NCBI GenBank assembly: GCA_002633005.1
Contig: NMRA01000325.1
Coordinates: 165,290 to 229,289, forward strand
Direction of reading: 5' to 3'
DNA length: 64,000 nt
Origin: Phoronis australis
Lineage: Eukaryota > Animalia > Phoronida
Under the pieces are notes generated by a model. The model saw only the letters and a program-made list of their open reading frames with translations, did not search any database and had not been told where the DNA came from. This document shows, piece by piece, positions 13,115 to 27,055 of this stretch. The position numbers and the translations under genes were made by a program. Within the stretch, counting starts at the first letter, position 1; each line of letters begins with the position of its first letter.

Positions 13115-16100
13115 CTAGTTCCCAAGCTCCTTGATCTGTTTGATGAGATATGCCTTTTCGTCATTAAATTGTTCATCCTCAGATCGATCAGTGTGGAACT
13201 TCTGCAGGAAGTCAACCAACTTGTCCTTGTTCTTGTTTAGAATTACTAGGATAGGGTCTGGCTTGCCGGGATTCGCCACAAACACCTGTAATAGACAGGG
13301 AACCAGCAGTTGACACAGTTCTCATTCTGAAAGGGAAATGTTGCCTTTTCAGGCCATTTATGGTCAATTTGACGATTTCATTTAAAATATGTTTTGAACT
13401 TGTAATAGATTTTTATGAACATGAAATTGATTTAAAAAACAGTTCCTCAAACTGGAAGTGCTATGCTATGAGTAAGATCAAAGAAAGTCAGCCGGTCCAA
13501 ATAAGCCGTGACCTCTTACTTTGTCCTCAAATACAACAGCAATAGTCAAATACTTGCATTTTGAGAACCATATTGATGCTTGTTATTCAGTGGAAATAAC
13601 TGTTTCTCAAAATGCAGGATCCCCGTGACTATTACCACTGCAACATCAATTCCGTCAATCAGAAACATAGTGTTTGCACTGTGCAACCTGCTCACAGTCA
13701 CACTTCCAGTATGCAGAACTGCAATACAATTTTTATTGATTTCATTTACATAAAAATTGAGCAAAGTGGTTCAAAAGAAGGAAAATTTCCCATACAACCA
13801 GGAATTTACACATTCACCATGTTTTTGTTACATATTTGTAATGTGCAGAATGCCATCATTCTGACTAATCACATGTGATCACCTTGGTAAACAGAGCTTA
13901 ACTACTGTAAAACCTCATGATAAGAAGTCAGAACTGCCGACAGATTAGAGAACAGGTCATCAGGCAGCTGATCAAACGACCCACCAGCACTCATAAGCAA
14001 AATTGTTTTCAGGCATTAGACTAGACCGGATCTGCCTGTTAATGTAGTAAACAGAAGAACTCAATTACATGTCGACACAAACCTGAGTCATAAACGTTTC
14101 ATAATTGAGGAGAACAAGGGGGTAATACACTGGAGCCCACTTAATGTTGTATCAGATAATAAAATATCCTGCTTAATGCCATGAAATGTCAAAAACATGA
14201 ACCACTTCCCATTAAACCCAAGTAACATAATGTCATAACTTATTGTCATATTCTCAGGTATTGTCATTTGTTTGCAAGTGTTGGATTTTATATTTTAACC
14301 TAATTAAAAATTATGGGTCGTGGGTTGGAGAAATAAATGAAAAATATGGGTGGTGGGTACGAAAAAAAATGCCATCCCCCCATACATTTTTTGCTGGAAC
14401 AGCCCTCAGCAAAATTGAATCTCACTCGCTTATTGTGTACCTTAGTTTGCTTTTCTGTCTAAAAACTAAATCTAATTTATCTTAAATTCCTTTGCTTAAT
14501 CGGAACTCAGTGCTGGGGATAAAAATCAGCCGTTTCGCTGCCTTGCTCCAAGACTACCTCCCTCCAACACACCTTAAATACATGGAACGCTTCAAACTGG
14601 ATATTCTTGCTCTTGTCTCTCAGCAGGTTCATCATTAACTTTAGGTTTTCTGGGTTACTGATGTATTTTGTCATCGTTGTATAGTTATGCCGGTCTAGCA
14701 GGAGTTCACCTAGCAGCTGAAAGAGCAAAACAATGAGATTTCAAGAAAAAACACATGGAGAGAATATATTCATACATTCAAGAAGCCATCTTCTGCCAGA
14801 TAACTCACCAATATTCAACTGGGCTGTGTTCCTTTGAGGCACAAGATTATGTGTGTCTTAGCGAGATACTGACATGCACTACAAGCAAAGCATGTGATCA
14901 CACAAGTTCTACTCTCCAGTGCCTAGATCTAGGGTTGACAGAACGCTGTTTTCTTTTTCATATTGGAAGTGTTCGCTAGGCTTGGAAAGACCACATGTCT
15001 GACAGTTTGTTATTGCTCGTAGCTATGCTCGGTGCATAAAATGACTGGAACAGTCAAGCCAACTTGGTCACAAGCAATAACAGTTATCAACATTTACAAC
15101 CAAATGAAACATACCCCAAAGGAACACAGAACTAGGAATCCAAAAATGAGCAGACCTAGTCTATTTCTTTTTATAGAATCTCCTCAAAACTGGTAGCTGC
15201 CATTATCTGCAAAATGGAATGGTCACTAGGGGGTGCTGCAGCAGTCAAATCAGTCTGCAAATCGACTGACACACATTAGCGCATTGCTGTCACATACCTT
15301 TATGTCAACGTTTCATAGAAAACCGTCACTTTAGATATCACCCAGAAATACTCTTCTTCCCAAAAATACTAAATAAAGCTCCTTAGCAAGACCTAAGTGG
15401 CCATTACGAGGTGCAGCAGAGGTCAAAATTCGCATTGTCATCGCATATCCCTGTACCAAGTTTATTGAAATCCGTCCAGTGGTTCACCAAATATCACTCC
15501 GAAAAGAAATACTCTGCCCCCCCCCAAAAAAAACTGAAAAGGTCCTTTCCTCTGGCTATTCTAGTTACCCTTGTGTCAAATTTCTCCAAGATCAGACCAG
15601 CCATTTTTGAGAAATTGAGCACATCGGGACAGGATTACAATACTATGTGGATGCATCAACATAAATTATACACTAAGCTAAATTCCACAGCTTTAATTAT
15701 AAACAATATCAGGGCTGGGTGATATCAAAAGTAAATTTTGCTGGATGAATCTGTAAGGTTAGCGGAGTGCAGCGCATAAAACACATCTTGTACGAATAGG
15801 TCATCCATGTTTACCTTGAGGGCTTGTCGCTTGGTGACGTAGTTATCAGAATCCAATAGTTTCCTGTAGCAGGGAAACACTCTATCATAGTTTTTTTCCA
15901 GGAACCCTGAAGCCAGATCCTTGTGAGCAGTGAGTAGCTCCTGTAACAACCATCAAGTTACCAATAGGCTTGCATACCACTACTTGATACCATTTGAAAA
16001 ACAGTTGGAATACTGGTATCACGGACAACACTTTTGAAATAAAGCTCAACAGATTTTACCCCTTCTTTCGCACTTAAGTCACTTTGTGTCACTATTTTTC

Positions 16101-19100
16101 AGCAAGAAACATGCCAAGAAATGCACAACTGTAAACATTACAAAATTTATTTCCGAGTAAATGATATGTGTTACAAGTTTGTCTCCAAAAGAGCTACGCT
16201 GTTTTAACTAAAATAGTTTGAAAGTGCGACACTTTTGTCTATAAAATAACAAACGAAGACAGTCGAGTTTTGTCGTATAATTACTCATACACACTATCGC
16301 TGTACTTTTCTTTAATCAAAGAAATATTGTTTACCATGTCATCAGAATATTGTTTTGTCAAGTATTGTTATTGTATCATTTCGTTCTTAACGACATGCAG
16401 TCCTAATACCAAGACTTCATTCCTTTGTATTTGGGAGTCAGAATGAAATAAAATTCTCGAAGTATAAACTGAATGTTGAAGAAATGTGCATCATTCTATT
16501 ATGATCTTGATTGATTTCTTCTGACACAGAAAATCAATTCTTGACTAGGGCAAACTTTTGAAATTTCACTAATTACTGCAAAATGGTGACAGAGCATAGG
16601 CGTCGTGAGATGGTGTGACTTCCCAAAGGTAGCCATGGACGTAAACTTGTCAGATTTATTGTGCACAGTTGCCGGTTACCTGCCACACTTTGGACAGTTA
16701 AGGGCTAAAAAGACAAGGTCTACAAATTTTTGTTTTGCCAAAGGTTCAACAAATTAATTTATGCAAACATAGAAGCACTTGCACAGTCCCTTCATGACAA
16801 CCACATGTTCATTCCTGAGGAGTTCCATAATAGGAATACTTTCATTTGGCACAGTGTTTATTGACAATTAGTCCGCCTCCCTCAACCAAAACTTGCAGTT
16901 CCTCATCTTCTACACTGTCTCAGTTGATACAAACTGATAACAGAAGATAGTGTCAAAATGGATCGTAAGTTTTATCCATCGTCAACATTACTAAAATTGA
17001 AGTCCTGGAGTTGCCATGACAATATTTGCGACTGAAAAGCATCAAGCAACCTCTCCATTGCACCAACATACATCTAGACTGAGCCAGATAAAGGTAACGC
17101 AAAGTACATTTTGGGGCCTGTTTCAAGAATTATTTTATGTCTTAACTTAGATCGAAATCGGACTAACTTAAGACAAAAATTAAATTTCTTAAGATCAAAG
17201 TTAAGACTGAAATCGGTCTATGCCAAGACTGAAAGTTAGCCTAATACTATGAAGTAGGCTTAAGATTTATGACTATCATCACTTTAAACTGTTGAGGAAC
17301 AAATTTTGTTAACATTTTCCACAATCTAATTACCTTAACAATGTCAAATTTAAGATTGTCAGCTTTCCATTCGAGAACTGGCAACGTCCGTAGAGACAAT
17401 GCAGTGCTACTCACCGGCACAAATGAAAAAATATTTTCCATCCATACCAGGGTCCTCTCAAGCAACCGAGATCCCAATTAAATTCAAAATGTAAACAAAT
17501 CCCCATTTAGAGTTTCAAGACCAAGATCATTCTTGACACCATATTTCCCACGCTGCCTCAGTTTTGTGAATTCGCATCATGTTGCAAAAGTGAAGTTTAT
17601 ATGTTTATATACTCACCTATGTCAAAAAACAACTTAATTTTTGTCTAAGTTAAGACTGAAGAACAAAATACGACCTTTGTGTTCACGAAAAAGTCTTTTT
17701 GGAATTTACATGATCCGTCTTAACTTAGAACAAATTTGGTCTTAACTCTTAAGTCAGCTTTCATATAACAGGTCCCTGGTCACCATTCCTTTAGTCCTCC
17801 AGATAAACTGTTTATTTCAAGAATTGTAAGTACATCAAACACATTTGAAATATACTCACTTCAATACTTTTGAATTTAGTTCTTACATTTTATGTTTCTA
17901 TTGGTCAAAAATTGTCTTTTTATGCCAAACTGACCAAAAGCCATTAAAAATCAACACGTTAAACATGGATTCAAACATTCCATCGAAGAATTTTATCAAT
18001 TGAATTTGATCATTTATAGCTACAACATTGGTCTCAACTCGGTTCTAACTCTGATGAGATGTGGTCTGAGGGCTTGGAAAATCTGACAGTTCATTTTGCT
18101 TGATGCATAAAAAGAACCCTCCGTTACGGGGTGAGGGGTCCAGTCTGACAGTTCACTTTGCATGGTGCATAAATAGAACCCCTGGTACAGGCGAGGGGTC
18201 CAATCTCTTCACTCAAAACTTGATTCGAAAAGGTGACAAATAGAACCTCATGCTTGGAGTAATCATCTCGAATCACATGGTGTGATTGGTTTGAGTCGAA
18301 CCTGAGTTTCAAGAGTAGACACCGAGAAGTGTTTCCACAACAAAAAGCCACCCCAAACAATAAGAAACCTTTTTCATGGTAAGTGGTCTAAAACCTACTG
18401 TAAGCAAGTTTTTGTGACTGAAGGCGGATTCATAGAGACATCAAGTGAGAGACAAAAGGAATAAAATATATTATCCAATGAACGAGACACATATGCCAAT
18501 CAATATTTATTTAATTAAAAGCGTACTGCGTTCCAGACAAAAGTCTGAACCCTTAGCATTTTGATAAAACGAGCAGTATTTCACGATGAAAAATACACAG
18601 AGATTTTAATGACGCATATCTGTAGATATTTCTCATTTCATTTTTAGTCAGTTTTGTGAATGGCAATAGCACAGTACATTACCAACTCACCTTGAATGTT
18701 GAAAAGGCATCAGAGGCAATGTCAAATGTGGACATCTCCACGTAGGTGAAGAACTTGTAAAAGTCTGGGTCACTCTCTGGTCTAGTGAGGATCAACTTGG
18801 CCAAAGGCTCATACCGTATACATTCCCGCAACATCTGTCCACTCACCATGGCTACTTCAGCTCGCTCATAGCTAAGAAGCATGATTTTAGATCAATCAGT
18901 CTTACAACATTCAAAAATTACAGAGAGCACGATTATGCCAAATGAAAAAAAATGAATAAACTCTAAAGGTATTGAACATTTGGTGATCTAGGCTATTGTT
19001 TTAAAAGCAACTTGTTATCAAATACTTTCCAACAGCTAATATTTAGATAGAAATTTACAAAGCAAAGTATTCCTAGGATACAAATAAAACAAAGATCGAC

Positions 19101-22100
19101 AACTACTCGTGTATGGGAAATACTTTTTTCCACTGCTTTGTAGCTTATTTATTACCAAATGACTACCTCACTGACCCAATATGGTGATTCTCCACAAAAA
19201 AACTGACATTTTTTGTAAACATAATTTGTTCCAGAAATAGCTTATAGTATACTGAATGTGCCCCTATGGTTCATTGCAAACATAAAACTTGACTTTATTC
19301 AACAGTGGTATAAGAAAGGTTTAAGAACGATTAGAGATTTACTAAATGATGATGGAACAATTTTGATTTTACAATCATTAAAAAGAAAATTTTGTATAAG
19401 GATACGTTTTTGCACCACTACAGGCTTGTGAAGTCAGTTCCGCAGTTTTGGTTAGATACCCTTTACCAGTCTTAGTATGTAAAACAAAAATTCCTGACAA
19501 TTTCGACTCCACTGATGCATGTCGTCAGTGCTCAAACGGGGTACTCAAACTTGAGGAAGACATTTGTTTTAACGTTAGATTCATATTTAAGGTATTTCCA
19601 GAACAAAATTGTACGTTGTATTATAACAAATGTCTTTTTGACGTTAATTAAAGTTCAAGAGAATGACTTATGCACGTTTTGCTCAGAGCATAAAGAGACT
19701 ATATTACTTGTAGAATGCAGATATGTAAGAGAGTTGTTGAGGAAAGTTTGTGATGATTTCCTTAGGATCGATATTTTAAACGGCCTTGACATTCTGTTTG
19801 GAAATACCGAATGTAACAACAGTAACCTTGTAGTTTTAATAACAAAAATGTCATTTATGCAGAACAAATTTCCATTAACAATTGATGTACCTAGAGTTTT
19901 GAAAAACTAGAGAAATATAGAATTTACTGTTAGTAAAATCAATGGTACGTTAGAAAATCACAACGAAAAATGGAACTTAGTGCAACTATAACGGTGGTGA
20001 ATGTCTATGTTATCTTTATGTACAATTGTCAACAAATGTTTGAAAAAACTGCCATTTTTCAAAGGCCGATTACTTTGCTACCAATAATGGAAACTTTGCC
20101 AAATGTTTTTGACACCTACACAGTACAAACCAGACAAGTAATAGGCTAACTTTTCTTTATCTTTATTATTGCAGAGAAATTCGACAAAATAGAATTTCAC
20201 ATGTCAGCCATACTGTGTGCTGTATAAGTGACGAATTAGCCTACTTAGACCCTATACTTGGCAAGATTCATACCCGCGAACCAGAGGGGTAAGAATATCA
20301 CCAGCTTTTGAATGAACAAAGTCCACTGTGGGAGATCTGGGTCCGATCTGTCGCCGTAGAAGATGGTTGAAGATCTGACAAGCGTCTTTTCTGGCCTGAA
20401 AGAGTAAGATATTATCTCGTCTCATAACGAAAAAAAGCAATACGGAACACTGAAATGTGCCTCAATAGCGACGCAAAAGATGCTTCTAATGGTGTTTTTA
20501 GAATCATAAAAATGGCCATTGGATGGCGCAGAATACGACAAACCCGTCTGAAATTAAGAAAGTATTGTCATCTCTCTATTACAAAACTATATGTCTAATT
20601 TCGAGAAAATCCACCAAGGAACTCCAAATGAGGCAGATGTAAAAACAAAAACAAATTGCAGAAGGCACAGCTGTAGCCCAATCCGACCATCTAATGTCAA
20701 GTTAATAGGAATAGACTTCACAAATTGTTATCTTGCACACGATTTAGTAGATACAGCCACAGATGCAACAATTATGTCAGTAGGGAGCACCACAGTTACA
20801 TTGGATCTGTGAAAATCCATGCCAGTTGTGCTCATGTTAGTCATGTTAGATACAGAAGCAAACGGCAAAAAGCAGACTAAAAATAATTGACATAGCCTCT
20901 AGGCGGTGCAAAAAATGATTCCAAATTCCATGAAAAAAACATCAAGGAACTCAGAAAAGATAAAGGCAAACTAAAGGTAAAAAATACAATTGCTAGATGG
21001 GAGGCCGGTTGTCAGAGCCACCCAAAGTCATGGGCAGCCACTGTCACATCTATAGGAAAACACCTGCAAAAGTTCAAAGGTCATGCAAAGGCATCAGCAG
21101 CTGCAGCCATGGTCACAAAGAATCACCATGAGGGGAAACTACAGGTATCAAATCCGTCGTTCAATCATCAATGTCAACCATGGTATTCTCATCATGAACA
21201 CAACTGCTATAATTCATAATGATCCTTCGAGCACTTTGGCAAATAAAGAAGCAAATGCTAAGAAATGAACTCAAAATCATAAAAATGACCACAGGGTGCA
21301 AAATTTGTTGAATCTGTCCAAAAATGGACCGGCATAGTTGTCGCTTTAACAGAAACCTAGTACATAAATATGTGGGCGCATAAAAAGCAAAGAGTTTTAT
21401 AAGTAATGCTATGTATATTCCAGGGTTCCATTTAAATTATAGAAATATAGAAAAAGGATCCCTCTTGTTCCTTACTCTCATGACAAGTGTCAGGAATCAA
21501 AGACCAGTTTTTCATAATGCTATGTGGTCTAAATCAAAACTTGTTTTTCGTAACAAAATGTGAGTTTGTAGTCATTTTAACAGCTATTCCATTAAGGTTA
21601 TCTAAGACCTTAATAAATGACCTCAAGTCAACCATTAAAAGTAATATTGTAAATATTTTGTGAAAGGAGAATGAATAATCAAAAATTCCTAACAGCATTT
21701 TTGAGACATAACATAAAGTTTATATTTTAAAAAGTTTTGGTAAAATCGACTGTGGAGTTATTTTGCTATGAAATCAATGTACCTTTCTGGCACATGAAAA
21801 TTTAACTTAAAAAACGTGGACATGTGACAATAGTAAAGACACAGTAGAAAGAAGAATGCTTCTAGAATCCTCCATCTTTCTTATTTCAGAAAATATATAG
21901 TTTTAAACACTTAACATTCATCTCTAAAAGTTCATACGACCAGTTTTTTCTCTATTAATTGGAACACAAAGTTGTCAAGGGAAAAATACTTTGTATACTA
22001 ACGTACTGTTAGAGAAATGACCAAAAAATATTCGCAAAATATTCCAACCAAACAGTAGTTATTATAATTATGGTAGAAATCTTACTACATGAACTCTTTT

Positions 22101-25100
22101 AATACTAAAAAAACCTATTTAGTATTAAAAAGCTTTTGATTTTATTTAGTACAAAACAGCTATTTTACGATATTAAACGTGGACTAAAATTAGATTTTCA
22201 TAAAAAAGCATTATCCGACATGATGACAGTAATCAAGTAGTAACAAAAATCTTTCCAGCCCCATAACTTACTATACACAATGGCCTTCAACCTTTTCTGA
22301 TAAATGCAAACTCACTTCAAAGTCTAGCATCGCCAGATTCGCAACCAGCAGAGCAAAGATGTTATTGTTGTAGAACTCTTGTGCTAGCTGTGCCAGCAGT
22401 TCAGCCTGTGGCTCTTGTGCAGCGCTGCCATACAACATAGTCTTTATTGCTAATAAGGACTTAGACACCTCCTCTGAAGCCTGAAACAACATCGAGATAA
22501 AACATCATAACCGTACAATGATACAGAAGAAAAAGCTGATGTTTGATAACTGATAGATTGAAGCCAATTGTTTTCATGCACATGATTTCACCAATATTAA
22601 CCATGTGCAAAGAACTGTGGGAGTTATTGTAGTCAGACACGGTTTGCTCAACAAGGTAAGTGACTTTGCCTGTTGGACAACAACAGGCCAGAATAACCCA
22701 TTAAATTACTTCATTAGTGTTTCACAAGTAAGTTTGTAACTTTAATACTACACACTGACCAAATGGCTATCACTGGAAGCAATGAATAGTTGCGACATGT
22801 CAGTCAAGCTAATGAATAGACCCAAAGAGATAGTGAGAACATGAACACACGACAGTAGTCAACCATCTTTGCCCCACAAACCATTGTTGTAAACAAAAGC
22901 ATGATGATGGCTTTACTATGTGGCTGAAACACTAACTGATCAACCAAAAACGTGAAACATTGAAATAGTCACTTGAATTTTGAGAAACAGTTTAATCCCC
23001 TGAATAACAGACATCAAACTGATTATCAAAACCCATGGCCCCAGCAAGTGACTATTATGGAAAGCACAAACGACAAAATTATGGAAATTGCCTGTTGCTG
23101 ATAAAAGCAAGTGACAGACTTCCCCATCAGTTCAACGTAATACATCTGGATGAAGAAGCAGAAAATTAAAGAAATTCACCTTCACAATGTTTCACAAATA
23201 CCTCACTGTACTTTTTCAGTATCTACACAATCCTGTCTAATCTTAACGAAGTCGCTCTAAGACTAGGTTATATCCCTGAAGCCAACACCAAGGCAAGGGT
23301 AGATTAGTAATTGTTCACTAGTTACTTCTTTTTGAAAGGACTTAAAAACTGATTCTGTGGCAGATTGACAGACATAAGAAGTAAGTAAGAGCAAACTCTG
23401 GAGGAACTACTAGTATGCTTACAGACAGTGCTGCTCTACACAAACTGTCCTTCATCACTAAGTCAGACAGCTTAGTAAAATGTTTGTTCTACTAGGTGAT
23501 TTCATTGACATTGTTCCTACCTTTAGCTACAGCAAATGGTGCTGTCGGTGGTGTGCTTGTTCAATTTGGCATTGATAGGGGACTTAAGAATGATAACACA
23601 AGTGCTGAACAGTCTTGCTGCAGCAGCTCAACTCTGGAAGAGCAAGTATGACGGTCGCTCACACTGGAGGGACACCACAAGGTCTCTCTTCAATGTGCCA
23701 AGGGACTGCCCCTTCATGTAGTTAATGGTTGTTAATAATCACTTAATTACATTTTGAGAACCAGCTTTCGCTACTCAAGGTACCCACGGTCAACAGACTC
23801 ATAAACACGGGCAAGGACGCATGAACACGACTCACGGACCTGCAAACACCGTCCACTGACCCGCAAACAAGGGAACGGACTCACAAAACACAATCCACGC
23901 ACCCAAATACATGGGACACGGACTCATGTTCACGAGGAAACACCGTCAACGGATCGCCAAACACGGGTCACGGACTCATCGGCTTCCTGGGTCAGCTGAC
24001 ATCTTCATTTTGTCCGTAAACCGTGTTTGGTGGTCCGTTAACCGTGTTTCCTCATGAATATGAGTCCGTGTCGAGTGTATTTGGGTGCGTGGAACGTGTT
24101 TTTTGAGTCCGTTCTCGTGTTTGTGAGTCAGTGGACGGTGTTTGCAGGTCCGTGAGTCGTGTTTATGAGTGCGTTGACCGTGTAGTTTAGGTACCTTGCT
24201 ACTGAATAACAGGCAGCAAACTCAGGTTCTGAAAATGTGGGACATCCATAAGTAACTATTGCTTGGTTTTCCAGTTCTACGCTGATAACATTGTTATCTG
24301 TGTTTCTAGCCTTGATGTTTGTACATGCCACAGCATTGTCCAGAAGTCAATTAACAGTCTTATGTAGTGGACTATGTAGAGATCAGTAGCAACAAAAAAG
24401 AGGTGATGTTCACCTGTAAGCAAAAATAGCCTACAACACCAGTGAAACTCTATGACACTGCCATTACAGGAAAAGGTGACCTACCTCAGTGTTAACTACT
24501 ACCATCACCTCATGTGCTAAACAAAATCGCCGATGCTAAGTCAGCTTTAGTACGGTGTTCCAGGGGGGAGGGCTTAGGACTCTCCCCTAAGAACATGTTC
24601 TGGGTTAATGTTAACACTGTATTACGTGAATATGTAAATCTTGAACCGGTATGGAAAAACCTTTTTAAGTTTTGTCTGTACGCCACCTACAGGCTACATC
24701 ACATGACTTAATGAACATGATGTGGTCAACAGGTGGTGTGCAGACCAGCCTTAAAAGGTGCCTGAACTGTTGTTATCAGAGCGATGTTAGTTTATGCTGA
24801 ATCTGTATGGTACTGTTGAAGAGCACACAATCAGAACAAACCCCAACACAGCGTGTGCATTACTTTGCATTTCCAGAACACCTACAGCTACCATGGAAAC
24901 AATGCAGACTTACTATTTGAGGTGGAACGGGCAGTGAAAGAATGCCTAGATACTGTAGCATGTAACTGGGAGACAGGTTAATGGCAAGAGTTAGAACTCA
25001 TTTGGCGATGCTTGGTGATGTGAAGACTCTAATCTTAAATACTTTCACTACAGAGATGGCCTTGGAAGCACAAACCTCCTTGACAAACAATCCATCTGTA

Positions 25101-26805
25101 ACACTAAGGGCTTAAAACTTGATCAAAAATTACATTCCAGACCTTACAGATCATGGCAAACAGACCACAATACCACAGGACAAAATTGCAACACTTTTTA
25201 AGTTGAAACTGTCGCCATCAATCTGGCAAGTTAAGATTGCGTAGGACCCTAGAAAAATGGCCAAATGTGGTTTACGGGTAAATCGAAACACCACTCAGGA
25301 ATGGCACATCAGATTAATAAAAACTTTCCAACACTATGCTTTTTGCATTCTTCTCCAAAACGCTATCAGAACTCTTTTCAAAAATAGAACTTGCATAAAA
25401 CTAAAAGCAAAATGATAATTTAGAAAACTGCAACAGCGTTTCTGAGATTTCTTTTTGAACATTTATGTCAAACAAAATTTGGTTATGCTCTTGACACCAT
25501 TGTTTTGCCATAAAACTACCTTTCTTTTTTCTCTACACGTTCTAAAAACACACGGTTGTGTGACCCATTTTTCTGACCCAATTGATGGGAGCATGATATA
25601 AAGCAAAAAACATAATTCTACAGGATTGCTAGCTTCAGAAAACGTATACTTTTACCTACTTCAATTGTAAAATTTTGTAGATAATATGACTATTTGGTTG
25701 AATACAAGCTTGTCAATACATAACCTCTAACCAAGCCCAAAATCAACTCAAGCTGAGCTGAAGCTTGTATGGGTGACCTTAAACACTTAGCAACTGACAG
25801 AACTGTCCATATCAAATGGGTCAAAGATCATATTGACAATGAGGGCAATGAAGCTGCTGACTTCCTTGTAAAGAAAGAAGCATGTGCACAGTGTTTTGTA
25901 CCAGTCCCCTGCATACAAGTTTCCAACGGGTTGTTGAAAGGCAAAGGTGGAACAATGGGTGCTCATGTTATTTACAGATGTACAGAGCAAGAACTAAAAC
26001 TGCAGACAAAGCTAACATTATGAAGCAATAGTGTACCAAAAGGCAACTATAAAGCTATTTGATGGCACATCCAGACAGTTACTGGGCACTTCACAAAGCT
26101 CAGCATCAAAACATCAAAAGCCACATGACTAGCTCAAGGAATCAGAGCTAGACTCCTCAACATTCAGTAGAGATTTGTCCTCCTATCAAATACTTTGCAA
26201 CCACCAACTCGTTAGACACATAACCTGTCAGGAGGAAATCACCAGACCATACAGATTGTACCATTTTTCAAACTCCTGAGAATACAAGCAGATTGGAATC
26301 TGATACTGAAGCGTCCTCAATGGTCACGATCAGGTGATCAGTATAACGGGCCCAGCCATGTCGGTCCAAGCATGTCTCGCATATTGCAAAAGGCATCAGA
26401 CCACTTACCTTCCTTTTTTAGTATCTAATATGAATTAACAGTTAAAAATGTGGGATAATGCATTTAGGTGACAGCATACGAGCTGGCACAATTAACCTAG
26501 GATCAGGATCAAAGGGTTGGTATAATGGACAAACCACTCCGTTCAATAGTTCGGTTTCATGGTACCCACTTCAAAACAATAATGGGGCTGTTCTTGCAGT
26601 CAGCCATTCATACTTTCCTCACGACAGCTAGCTCAACTTTCAGTCTAATACCAAATCACACCCATCACCTTAAGTCTGCCTACTCTCTTCGAACCCCACC
26701 TACCTTATCAGCCCTCCTATCTCCCTTCTCCAACTGAGCCAGTCCCTCTACCAGGGTTTTGCACAGATCTTGAGGGCCCTTCTTGCTTGATCCAAACAAA
26801 GGCAT
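13115..26805 (-). CDS. CAB39: Calcium-binding protein 39 / MO25 (scaffold for LKB1-STRAD and GCK kinases), complete, 7 coding exons, 336 aa
   Basis: Minus-strand exons 26805-26704, 22480-22316, 20395-20274, 18871-18691, 15940-15815, 14716-14573 and 13285-13115 total 1011 nt in frame. Hallmark peptides: [107 protein letters not shown] splice acceptor at 26873-26875 implies a further upstream 5'UTR exon. Confidence 0.97.
14306..14405. mobile_element. Partial (3' end) copy of the Harbinger-like MITE at 2025-2599
   Basis: AAAAATTATGGG..GAAATAAATGAAAAATATGGGTGGTGGGT..CCCATACA..GCTGGAACAGCCC matches 2486-2599. Confidence 0.7.
17113..17776. mobile_element. Degenerate Harbinger-like MITE with TTAAGAC subterminal repeats
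   Basis: Imperfect TIRs GGGGCCTGTTTCAAGAA and TTCATATAACAGGTCCC; several TTAAGAC/GTCTTAACTT motifs near both ends. Confidence 0.55.
19255..20040 (+). mobile_element. 3' fragment of a Tx1/L1-clade LINE (same family as 48895-51040)
   Basis: Near-identical to much of 49746-50940; encodes a decayed zf-RVT-like region [34 protein letters not shown]. Confidence 0.8.
23776..24198. mobile_element. Foldback MITE with arms of about 190 bp
   Basis: 23786-23976 is the reverse complement of 24012-24182; outer ends CAAGGTACC and GGTACCTTG; CTACT directly repeated on both flanks; internal AAACACGG/GACTCA subrepeats. Confidence 0.8.
24765..26310 (+). mobile_element. Decayed RNase H-bearing non-LTR retrotransposon fragment (R1/LOA/I-like)
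   Basis: ORF 25769-26023 has [23 protein letters not shown], the RNase H WVxGH..GNE.AD motif; upstream [13 protein letters not shown] (RT thumb-like) and IDGS; many stops and frameshifts. Confidence 0.65.
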
Positions 26806-27055
26806 GCTTCCAACAGGCTTGGCCGCGGCAGACACCCCCTAAATTATCTTATCCGGATTTCACTGGCTCTTCCTGAAAGTAAATGCAAGAATAAAAGCAC
26901 AAATAACAAAAACATTAAAATGCTAGTCTTCAAAAAATCAAAATAAATGAAATCACAACTTAAAAATCAAAAATCTCTGCTTGTGTGACATCACAAAATC
27001 AAATACTAAATGACTAAATCTCCAGTCTCAACAATATGTAATGTTGGTTTTGACT

